Part shown: piece by piece, positions 46,066 through 54,438 of the stretch
Layout: every line of letters begins with the position of its first letter
Numbering within the stretch: position 1 is the stretch's first letter
NCBI GenBank assembly: GCA_964391595.1
Contig: CAYMMM010000001.1
Span: 4,708 to 68,707 of the forward strand
Direction of reading: 5' to 3'
Source of the DNA: an uncultured Candidatus Saccharibacteria bacterium
GTDB lineage: Bacteria; Patescibacteriota; Saccharimonadia; CAILAD01; GCA-016700035
Length of the DNA stretch: 64,000 bases
The notes under the pieces: model-generated
Database searches by the model: none
Told to the model about the DNA's origin: nothing
The model's input: the letters and a program-made list of their open reading frames with translations, nothing else
Program-made: the position numbers and the translations under genes

Positions 46066-46449
46066 CTACTTTAGAATTTCTGTACGAATATGGTTTATGA
46101 GTGCATCGAGCCTGAAGTCACTCTTGATATAGTATTCTTTTGCCCCAAACTGCAAATATGCAGACCGCTTGTCCTCACCTCCGGTGTTCGTGACAACAAA
46201 TACTGGGATATCCTTCCACTCAGACTGTTTAACGTGCTGTAAAAAGTCGAGGCCGTCTAATTTGCCGAGTAAATAATGATCCAGCCAAATAGCGTCAATT
46301 TGAGGCAAGTCATGCAGGTAGCCGAGTGCTTGCTCGACGCTTCGTGCTGTGACCGAGTCAAAGCCGTATGACTCGAGTTTACGCGATATAGCCAGTAATA
46401 GCGGCTTCTCATCTTCTATAATAAGTATGGTTTTATCGAGGTTAGACAT
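46066..46449 (-). CDS. Single-domain response regulator (receiver only)
   Basis: 127 aa with a C-terminal IKSDFRL tail. Confidence 0.8.
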   Translation of the reverse strand: MSNLDKTILIIEDEKPLLLAISRKLESYGFDSVTARSVEQALGYLHDLPQIDAIWLDHYLLGKLDGLDFLQHVKQSEWKDIPVFVVTNTGGEDKRSAYLQFGAKEYYIKSDFRLDALINHIRTEILK

Positions 46450-46462
46450 ACGCTATATTATA

Positions 46463-48082
46463 TCACTCAACGGAGAGTTTCTTAGCCCCAACACGACTAA
46501 TAGTCTTCAGTGGTAGATATACGTAAAATGTTGTTCCCTCTTTTACCTTTGATGTAAACCAGATATTACCATTTCCCTGATCAATAATGGATTTTAGAAT
46601 GTAAAGACCCAAACCGGTTCCGTCTGTATCTTTGTCCCTTACATTGTCTGCACGAAACATTTTACTAAAAATTTTGTGTTGCTGATTTTTGGGAATACCA
46701 TAACCAGTATCACTAACAGAAATAAGTACCCCAGCTCCTGGCAGCTTAAAGTCGGCTACCTTGCTGCCCGACTTAGCGCGCGTAATTGTGAGTGCAATCT
46801 TGCCTTTAGGAGGAGTGTATTTCGAAGCATTGGACAAGAGGTTTTGGATAATCATCGAAAAGTACTGAGGATCAAATGTAATTTTCGGTAGGGTTTGTTC
46901 TAATTTTACATTTAGAGTTTGGTCATGCTTACTACAGATAAACTCCAGGTCTTTTACGGTATCCTTGATGCATCGGGCAATATTGAAGGGCTTGGAGTTG
47001 AAAGAAAACGTTCCCAACTCTAGCCTACTCACATTGAGAAGCGCATTGATAAGCTTGACCATGCGCTGGTTGGCATTATAGATTTCTTCGACATATTCTT
47101 TTTGCGCGGCAGAGAGATCACCTACATCTCCGTTCAGGAGCATCTCACTAAACCAATTGATTGCCGACAGTGGTGTGCGTAATTGATGTGAGGCTAGGGA
47201 CACAAACTCAGTTTTTGCTTTATCGATATCCTTCTCGATAGTGATGTCTCGCTCGGTACCGATAAAAAACTTAACTTCGTTTTTATCATTCAAGACCGGG
47301 GCTATTGTGGCTTGGGCGATATATTTCTGTCCGCTCTTACGAATGTTCGTAATTTCACCCGTAAAAAGTTTTTTCTCAACCTTAATGGTGTGCCAAAGCT
47401 TCCGATAGAAGGAACTTTCCATCAGTCCGCCCCATAGGGTGCCGGCCTTCGTGCCGATCATTTCTTTACTTGAGTAGCCCGTCATCTTCTCCGCAGCGGA
47501 ATTAGCATACAGAACTATCCCCTCGGCGTCTGTGATGATTATATGTTCGCCGCTGTTTTCGACAGCCAGGAAAAACTTTTGAGTTTCGAGGATTTGCCTC
47601 TTGTAGTTCTTCTGTTGAAGTTCTAGCTCTTCGAGAGAAGAAATGAGCTGCTCTTGTTGGATCTGACTCTTCTGCTCTTCGATTTTTTTGTGGGTGATGA
47701 GGATGCGAACAGACAAATATTTCTCTGGTTTCTTGTCTCGCCCCATGATTGGCACGATGGTAGTATCCACCCAATACAGTTTGCCAGTCTTTGATTTATT
47801 GAGTAGATCACCCCGCCAGGTCTGCCCACTACTGATAGTTTTCCATAAATCTTTATATACTTTTTGAGGCATGAGACCGGACTTGAGAATACGATGGTTC
47901 TGCCCAAGTAGCTCTTGCATGGTGTATTTTGATACTTCAGTAAACTTCGGATTCGTGTATATTATGTCGCCGTTTTTATCGGTTAACGAAATCATAGCCG
48001 CTTTGTTTACTGCTGTAAATAGTGCCTTATAGTCGAGTGTCTCGACAGGTTGGTTGTGCTTCAAATGCTTCCTACTTGGCAT
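46463..48082 (-). CDS. Sensor histidine kinase with tandem PAS domains
   Basis: 539 aa with an H-box (SHQLRTPLSAI) and N/G1/G2 boxes. It is cytoplasmic, with no TM helices evident. Confidence 0.85.
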   Translation of the reverse strand: MPSRKHLKHNQPVETLDYKALFTAVNKAAMISLTDKNGDIIYTNPKFTEVSKYTMQELLGQNHRILKSGLMPQKVYKDLWKTISSGQTWRGDLLNKSKTGKLYWVDTTIVPIMGRDKKPEKYLSVRILITHKKIEEQKSQIQQEQLISSLEELELQQKNYKRQILETQKFFLAVENSGEHIIITDAEGIVLYANSAAEKMTGYSSKEMIGTKAGTLWGGLMESSFYRKLWHTIKVEKKLFTGEITNIRKSGQKYIAQATIAPVLNDKNEVKFFIGTERDITIEKDIDKAKTEFVSLASHQLRTPLSAINWFSEMLLNGDVGDLSAAQKEYVEEIYNANQRMVKLINALLNVSRLELGTFSFNSKPFNIARCIKDTVKDLEFICSKHDQTLNVKLEQTLPKITFDPQYFSMIIQNLLSNASKYTPPKGKIALTITRAKSGSKVADFKLPGAGVLISVSDTGYGIPKNQQHKIFSKMFRADNVRDKDTDGTGLGLYILKSIIDQGNGNIWFTSKVKEGTTFYVYLPLKTISRVGAKKLSVE

Positions 48083-48752
48083 ACCCGACGAAATCCTCTG
48101 TCATTATGCGGTTAACCTGAACGCCATGCTGGGTTAGTGAAGTTAGAACGGCGTGGACCATATCTGGGGGGCCTGCTACGTACCATGTCCTATCTTTTTC
48201 ACGTAATTCAGCAGGAGAGATATGGCCAATAGTATACTTGTCGGACACTTCATGTATAGAAATGATATCTTGCATAGATCGAAGTTCATCACTAAATACA
48301 GCGTGACTCTTCTCTCTATGAAAATAATATATGCTTGAGCTAGGGTGACCTTCTAGCTGTCCTCTCGTCTGCAGCATACTCATAAATGGTGTAATCCCTA
48401 TACCTCCAGCGATTATTGATACCGGCCCATGTGCTGCCAATACGAACACCCCCTTGGGTCCAGCCACATGTACTTCATCACCTTTTTTGCGGTTTGCGAT
48501 GTGTTGCTTAAATTTTGATTCACTCATCCTAAAGGCTATCGAAATTAGAGGCAACGTAATTGGTGATGAGCAGATTGAGAAGTCTCGAACATTTTCCCTA
48601 GAAGACTCGGCAGACAATTCAGGAAGTGTGAGCGTTATATATTGTCCAGGAGTAAATGTGAATCCATCTATCATCCTGATTGTAACGCACAGCGTATTCT
48701 TGGAAAGATAATCTAGTCGCTCGATTGTAGCGCTTGACGGCTGAGTGTTCAT
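48072..48752 (-). CDS. FNR-like oxidoreductase (FAD-binding_6 plus NAD-binding_1)
   Basis: 226 aa with an RDFSICSSP motif (RxYS-type FAD site) and GGIGITPFMSM (NAD(P) site). It overlaps the kinase by 11 nt. Confidence 0.65.
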   Translation of the reverse strand: MNTQPSSATIERLDYLSKNTLCVTIRMIDGFTFTPGQYITLTLPELSAESSRENVRDFSICSSPITLPLISIAFRMSESKFKQHIANRKKGDEVHVAGPKGVFVLAAHGPVSIIAGGIGITPFMSMLQTRGQLEGHPSSSIYYFHREKSHAVFSDELRSMQDIISIHEVSDKYTIGHISPAELREKDRTWYVAGPPDMVHAVLTSLTQHGVQVNRIMTEDFVGYAK

Positions 48753-48804
48753 GCGTAGCTACTCAATCTCACTCGAGTAGAGCTCATTACTGCTACACAC
48801 TTCA

Positions 48805-49176
48805 TCATATGTTTCTTTCTACAACTTGGTCAAATTCGCGTAGCGAAATGTTAGCCTTCACTATAAACAATTTCGCGCCAAGTCTTTTACAGCGCTGTTT
48901 ATCTTCTTCTTGAGTTAGATTGGTCATGACAATCACTGGCGTATCTATGAGATTTTGCTGGACGTGACCAAGCACCGAAAAGCCATCTTCGATTGGCATA
49001 ATTATGTCGAGTAAGATGAGATCGTAGTGCTTTTTGTCTAAATATTTGTTGGCTTCTTTGCCATTTTCGGCGATAGTAACATCATAGCCATTTTTATGCA
49101 GGCGCAGCTTCATGGCCTTTGATAGGCTTTTTTCATCCTCAGCAATTAAAATGCTTTTTTTAGCTGATGTAATCAT
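48805..49176 (-). CDS. Single-domain response regulator (receiver only)
   Basis: 123 aa with a C-terminal VKANISL tail. Confidence 0.8.
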   Translation of the reverse strand: MITSAKKSILIAEDEKSLSKAMKLRLHKNGYDVTIAENGKEANKYLDKKHYDLILLDIIMPIEDGFSVLGHVQQNLIDTPVIVMTNLTQEEDKQRCKRLGAKLFIVKANISLREFDQVVERNI

Positions 49177-49229
49177 AACTTTGTTATAACTCTGATCTAA
49201 ATAACTAAAAAAGTCAAATTCGGGCTACC

Positions 49230-50696
49230 TTAATGTTGCTGAGCTGAAGTTAGTACTGGCGCGCGACGCGTTTTTTTCGAGTACTCACCGAGCTGGAGAC
49301 CCTTCATGACTATAGGTAATAGCCAGTAGGTCATCACAATAATCCAAAAGCCAGAAAACAGTAAGATTGTAGACACCCCGTATTCTAAGAAGTTATACGC
49401 GAGCGCAACATAGCCGATACTTAGAAAAGCTATTTGTGGAAATACCAGGTGGGCTTCTCGCTTACCGTGATCTGTTTTTGGCGTCACTCGATAGCTCGGT
49501 TTCTTTGTTGCAAACAGCGCGAGTACGGCAGCTCGAGCATAGACAGGGAACAGCCCCGCCCATACCCGTGATGTTAGCTGCCCTCTACTCAGCCACCCGA
49601 AAAACATCAGTGTCGCAATTAGTGCTGGTAGGCGGAAGGCAATATACCAATACCCCCCGTTGTGGATCTGAATGTTTGTAAAGAGCGTATAAAAATTTAT
49701 TGTGTAAATACCCGTAAGAAAGAACGCGCTCACAAGATAGCAATAGCCTATCTCAAAATAATGCAGTCGCTGACGGAAGCTCAACCCCGACATAAAAATA
49801 GGACTCTGCCAATACATGATCCGTAAGGTGTCGAGTGCCCAAGTTCCCCGTTGCTTGTAAATAGCGCTAAGGTCCGTTGGGGCATGGCCGAGGACATATG
49901 GTTGACTGACGTAGACACTCTTATAGCCTTTAGTATGAAAGATATATGAGGTATGCAGATCTTCTACGAGGTTCCACTCGCTAAACCCTCCTATGGCATC
50001 GAGAGCCTTACGACGGTATATTACCCCCGAGCCACAGCTTATGGCGGCGTCGTTTGCATTCTTCCCTGTTTGCATATGGTTATAGAACATGTAGTCATGA
50101 TTAAAATCATTATCTTCTACAGTAAAGGACTGCCTGGATGCGACAAGCGCTACCTCTTTATCTTTGAAATGACCCAATAGGTCATCAAGAATATTTGGCT
50201 GCACAACATTATCTGCGTCAATCGTTAATACATAGGGGGATTTGGCAAAGCGCAACCCATAATTCATATTTGCCGACTTGTACCGCTTCTGTGCACGATC
50301 TGGTCTTGACAGATAGGTGAAGCCATATTTCTCGGCTAGCTTCTTTACCCCTGCCCTACCGCCATCATCCAGAACATACAGATATAGGCTAGGGTGTTGT
50401 ATCTGAGATGCGGCGCGCATACTTTCCTCGAGCATCTTTAATGGCTCGTCCACGGTGGGTATAAATACATCAACCGATGCACGCAGAGAATACTCGCCGC
50501 CCAAAAGAACAAACTTTCTTGACCAATGATTCACTAAAAAGAGTAACGAAACAATGTAGACTAATATTTCAAATGCATAAAATAGCCATCCTAATGCGCC
50601 TACAACATGAAAGAACAACCAAGCCAAATACGTAGTGTTTGCCAGGAACATAATGAGCCCAAGTCGCCTGGTTTTGTCGAGCCTCGAGTGCTTCAC
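49230..50696 (-). CDS. Processive GT2 glycosyltransferase, cellulose/chitin-synthase-like membrane protein
   Basis: 488 aa with N- and C-terminal TM helices, a D, DxD (IDADN), D pattern, and a QRGTW motif, a variant of QxxRW. No PilZ domain is present. Confidence 0.7.
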   Translation of the reverse strand: MKHSRLDKTRRLGLIMFLANTTYLAWLFFHVVGALGWLFYAFEILVYIVSLLFLVNHWSRKFVLLGGEYSLRASVDVFIPTVDEPLKMLEESMRAASQIQHPSLYLYVLDDGGRAGVKKLAEKYGFTYLSRPDRAQKRYKSANMNYGLRFAKSPYVLTIDADNVVQPNILDDLLGHFKDKEVALVASRQSFTVEDNDFNHDYMFYNHMQTGKNANDAAISCGSGVIYRRKALDAIGGFSEWNLVEDLHTSYIFHTKGYKSVYVSQPYVLGHAPTDLSAIYKQRGTWALDTLRIMYWQSPIFMSGLSFRQRLHYFEIGYCYLVSAFFLTGIYTINFYTLFTNIQIHNGGYWYIAFRLPALIATLMFFGWLSRGQLTSRVWAGLFPVYARAAVLALFATKKPSYRVTPKTDHGKREAHLVFPQIAFLSIGYVALAYNFLEYGVSTILLFSGFWIIVMTYWLLPIVMKGLQLGEYSKKTRRAPVLTSAQQH

Positions 50697-50735
50697 ACTT
50701 GCCGATCCTTTATTAACTAGTTACTATTAAAGCAG

Positions 50736-51116
50736 ATGCGAGACATAAGCAAAACCACTAAGTCCGTAATGGTTGTAGAAGACGAGCCTTCACTCCTGGA
50801 AGTGATCTCGAAGCGCATGAAGGCGGCAGGCTACCGAGTTATGGAAGCAAGGGATGGCCAAGAGGCTGTTTCTCTCGCAAAACACGACATGCCAAATGTG
50901 CTTATTACCGACGTTATTATGCCGAAGAAGAATGGCTTTGACCTCATACAAGAATTGACGCGCATAAACCCCGATCTCCCGGCTATTATCATTACAAATC
51001 TCGAGGGTGATCAGGATCGAGATACTGGCACGCAGCTAAAAGTGAAGCATTTCCTCATTAAGTCAAATATTTCACTCCGTGAGCTTGATCAAAAAGTCGC
51101 GGCACTCATGAAATAG
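50736..51116 (+). CDS. Single-domain response regulator (receiver only)
   Basis: 126 aa with a C-terminal IKSNISL tail. It is divergent from the GT2 gene, with a 39-bp spacer. Confidence 0.8.
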   Translation: MRDISKTTKSVMVVEDEPSLLEVISKRMKAAGYRVMEARDGQEAVSLAKHDMPNVLITDVIMPKKNGFDLIQELTRINPDLPAIIITNLEGDQDRDTGTQLKVKHFLIKSNISLRELDQKVAALMK

Positions 51117-51184
51117 CGAGGCGTGGTTATTGTTAGTAGTAAAAAAATTGCCCGTCGTCGACTGACGAGGGGCTTTTTGACTCA

Positions 51185-51661
51185 CTAAGCAGCGATACCA
51201 TGCTGACTGAGGTAGTTGATAATCCGGCGAATATCGGCTTCATCTTTCTTACGGCCAATCGCCTGCTTCCAAGCTAGTATCCCCTCGGGAGTGAGTACTC
51301 GAATACCCTGGACGATACGTGACGATGGCTTAAGCTCTGTGAACGAAGCTCGATAAAGTGCGTCATTTGGCGGCAGCATGATGGTTATGTGGCCATTGAC
51401 CTCACGTTCACCATAGTCACCCACTACTTGTTCTAGATTCTTGAGTCGCGTTCCACGGCTTGTGGGGAGACCAATTTTACGAGCTTCATTGATGAGGCAG
51501 CCAGGTGTCACGATGATGTCATAGTCACTTATCTGAGGCTTGATGCCCCAGACCGCTAGGGCGGCCCCGCCGACCAGCATCGACTTTGTAGTCGGAAGAT
51601 CAAGTGCTCGTATGGGCGCCAATAGCGCGGTGAGCTGTGCAGCTTCGATTGGTGCTGGCAT
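51185..51661 (-). CDS. Minimal nucleotidyltransferase-fold protein (putative)
   Basis: 158 aa with a GGAALAVWG...SDYDIIV pattern resembling the pol-beta-superfamily NTase motif. This is weak evidence. Confidence 0.35.
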   Translation of the reverse strand: MPAPIEAAQLTALLAPIRALDLPTTKSMLVGGAALAVWGIKPQISDYDIIVTPGCLINEARKIGLPTSRGTRLKNLEQVVGDYGEREVNGHITIMLPPNDALYRASFTELKPSSRIVQGIRVLTPEGILAWKQAIGRKKDEADIRRIINYLSQHGIAA

Positions 51662-51890
51662 TGTTACTCCTAGGTAGGTACTTCACAATTGAATATACCC
51701 ATCATACTCGGTGTGTATGACGCGAGAAAAGCATGAGGGCTTGAACACATGTTGCTTTCGTCGCCGTTACGACTCATCAGCACAGCTTATACTCTGTGGA
51801 GCAACGACAAGCAGATCATGAGCTTCACCTCCCGAGAGGCGCACCGTGATGGTGGTCGTTGCCTCCCTGAAGGGATGTGTTGAGCCGGCG

Positions 51891-52271
51891 CTAGCGCTTG
51901 ATGCCCGCCTTGGCCAGCACGTCGGCGGGGACCCCCGCCTTGCGCCAGATGCCGTACTCGATGCCCTTGGAACTCGAGTAGGCGAGTCCGTGCAGGATGA
52001 ACGCTGCCTCCAGCTCCTCGAAGCCGTCGTCGGACTCGAGTTGCTTTAGCTCGACCTCGAGGTCGGACTGCTCCTGGATCAGGAGGACCTCCTGCAGCGC
52101 ATCGGCTTCGGGCAACATTTCGGCGATCTTGGCGAGACGTGCCTTGATCGAGTCGGGGGTGCGCTTGCGGCCCCGACTCGGCTTGTTCTTCCTGAGGGCG
52201 TCGAGGTACGCCTTCACGGCTCGGCCCTGGGCACGTCCGGCAGCGAGCGCGGCCTTGTGCTGGTCGGTCAT
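51891..52271 (-). CDS. Hypothetical protein encoded in a very G+C-rich insert (MTDQHKAALAAGRAQGRAVKAYLDAL...)
   Basis: 126 aa from ATG 52269-52271. The codon usage is strongly GC3-biased, unlike the flanking genes. The longer listed ORFs in this region are alternate-frame artefacts. Confidence 0.4.
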   Translation of the reverse strand: MTDQHKAALAAGRAQGRAVKAYLDALRKNKPSRGRKRTPDSIKARLAKIAEMLPEADALQEVLLIQEQSDLEVELKQLESDDGFEELEAAFILHGLAYSSSKGIEYGIWRKAGVPADVLAKAGIKR

Positions 52272-52636
52272 CGTTCTGTGCGGGCGCGGCGAGTGTCGGG
52301 CGCTGTCCGCCCGAACTGCACCCCGCATGTTGCGAGGACGGGATTCCGTGTGAATGGGCATTGGGATGCTTTCTTCCACCCTTGAAGGAGCTATGCAGGA
52401 CTTCTGCCTCGGCTTGCACGGGTGTGCTGGGTGGAAAGCGTGATTCTGATGCAGCCCCATCACACATCGGCTCCTTGCAAAATCACCTTTTCCACCAAGC
52501 ACAGCTCATGATCTGCTTGTGAATATACGAATCTTCTTTTGTGAGAAAATCCGCATATATATTAGTATAATATTGTGAATTTGTCAATTAATTTCATTAT
52601 ACTAAGGACTATGGAAGGATTGCGCGAAGCGGTATA

Positions 52637-53392
52637 ATGATGAGCATTATGGTGTCGCCACCCCAGCCGCGAGCAAATCAGAGAACTCAGACAAGCAGTA
52701 CAGTGCCGCCTTCTCCCGTGCCGGCCGCTACACCACCAAAGTCCCCAGGACATAAATGGCTGCCGGTGGTATTGATCTTTGCAATTCCGCTGCTTGCACT
52801 TGCATATAAGTTGATCGACAGCACAGTACACTCCCCAGCAATTGTCTGGAAGCTGCAGCGATCGCAGGCAGAATCTAAGCAAGCACAGGCGAAGACTGAT
52901 GCCGAAAGCGCGCTTGCAAGCACAGTTAATCGGCTTAAGAGCGTAGCTGAGAACTATGAAGTTAATACACAAAATACTCAGCTCGAAGTCCTGGATGAGA
53001 AGTTTGTCGATCATGGTTGCCAAGCAATTACGATTACGGGTGGAAGTAAATTTAATGAGCATCCGATCGGACGCAATATGAAGTGCATCTACGTAGTCGC
53101 GCAAGCAGTGCGACTGAGCCCTTATACGACGAGCCTAGCTGACCTCGTCGACGTAGCAAATCAAGATCAATCTGACAAAATCGGTATAACGTTTGGAGAC
53201 TCACGTCCGCAGCTTGGTGTGAAAACATACACTTCGGATAGCGCTACATCTTCTCCCCTCGTTGGCTATGGCGCCGAATGGGAGTATATCTATAATCGTC
53301 AGTGGTCAAATATTCAGCTTGTCGGCGGAAGCGATACAAAAGTCGTCTACGCTGTCTCGACGTACTATATTTTCTTCGATCAGGATCTCTAA
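52637..53392 (+). CDS. Membrane-anchored extracytoplasmic protein (hypothetical)
   Basis: 251 aa with a P/S/T-rich N-terminus, one TM helix and a beta-rich C-terminal domain. Confidence 0.45.
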   Translation: MMSIMVSPPQPRANQRTQTSSTVPPSPVPAATPPKSPGHKWLPVVLIFAIPLLALAYKLIDSTVHSPAIVWKLQRSQAESKQAQAKTDAESALASTVNRLKSVAENYEVNTQNTQLEVLDEKFVDHGCQAITITGGSKFNEHPIGRNMKCIYVVAQAVRLSPYTTSLADLVDVANQDQSDKIGITFGDSRPQLGVKTYTSDSATSSPLVGYGAEWEYIYNRQWSNIQLVGGSDTKVVYAVSTYYIFFDQDL

Positions 53393-53427
53393 GCGTGCCG
53401 GGCAATCGAACTGCGACTCAACATGGC

Positions 53428-54363
53428 ATGGAGCTACCGATCCGTGCACTGTTCTTGCCGTACGCGGTGTGCATACTCTCACTCCTGTTTCTACTGGTAC
53501 TTAAGGCGGTGCAGTTTGATTTTACACGTCTCCCCCAACAGCCAAGCGATATCGCGTTCCTGCTCATATTTCTGGAGCTGCCACATATCGTCGCCAGTCA
53601 TTTGATGCTGATTGATCGCGAGTACGGGGAGTTTTATTGGCCGAAATTAGCGGGGAGATATGCCATTGCTGCCGTGAGCTTGACCGGAATTTGGTACTTT
53701 CTCGGAGCAGCAAGCTTCTTTGCGGCGTATTTCATCTGGACTGTCTACCACGTTCTCAAGCAGCAAATTGGCATCGGTCGCATTATGAATCGTCAGCCGA
53801 ATCAACTGTATGAGCTGTGGGGCTACATCCTGATTGCTGGCTCACTGATCTTAGCGGCAGTTATCGGTTACTACAGAGTTGGGCTTGGCGGCTACGAAGG
53901 CTGGCTCAAACTAGTTTCGTATGTCTTCGCGTGCGTGATACTTGGCCTAGGCTTCATGGCGTCTCGACAGCTCAAGCAGCAGCTAGGTAAATGGTATGTC
54001 TTCGCGAATACTACAATGTATCTTAGTGTACTTGCTTGCTTTTTACTCGGAGCGCCGTTTTTTGTAATCTTCATTCCGCGTATCATCCATGACGCGACAG
54101 CGTATATGCTCTACATCAACCATGACATAAATCGCAATGCGCGCGTGCGCAAAAATATCATCTATCGCACAGCCTGGTTTGTCCCCGTGTGGGCTGCAAC
54201 GCTGCTTTTCTCAATCATGTTTGGTGGTCTCATAACCTTTGGTATCGTGCCCTTTGCCTTTCAGCTTAGTGTAACCGTGACTCTATCACACTATGTCCTT
54301 GAGTCAGTCGTATGGCGCGGCACGAGCATCCATCGGAAGTCTCTTCGACTCTCTTTTACTTAG
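53428..54363 (+). CDS. Polytopic membrane protein (hypothetical)
   Basis: The start is MELPIRAL at 53428; the listed ORF start overlaps the upstream gene. It has about 8 TM helices. Confidence 0.45.
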   Translation: MELPIRALFLPYAVCILSLLFLLVLKAVQFDFTRLPQQPSDIAFLLIFLELPHIVASHLMLIDREYGEFYWPKLAGRYAIAAVSLTGIWYFLGAASFFAAYFIWTVYHVLKQQIGIGRIMNRQPNQLYELWGYILIAGSLILAAVIGYYRVGLGGYEGWLKLVSYVFACVILGLGFMASRQLKQQLGKWYVFANTTMYLSVLACFLLGAPFFVIFIPRIIHDATAYMLYINHDINRNARVRKNIIYRTAWFVPVWAATLLFSIMFGGLITFGIVPFAFQLSVTVTLSHYVLESVVWRGTSIHRKSLRLSFT

Positions 54364-54438
54364 CTTTGTGGGTATGGTACTTGTTTTGCGACTCAGAGCA
54401 TAGAGCCAGACAAGCATAAGCTGTATAATGTAGAGGCT

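Noticed and set aside
51787-52502. Listed ORFs of 226 aa and 203 aa in the G+C-rich insert are rich in Arg, Pro, Gly and Ala.
   Set aside because: In very high-GC DNA all frames stay open. These are alternate-frame or over-extended artefacts. Only the 126-aa frame starting at 52271 has protein-like composition and GC3 bias.
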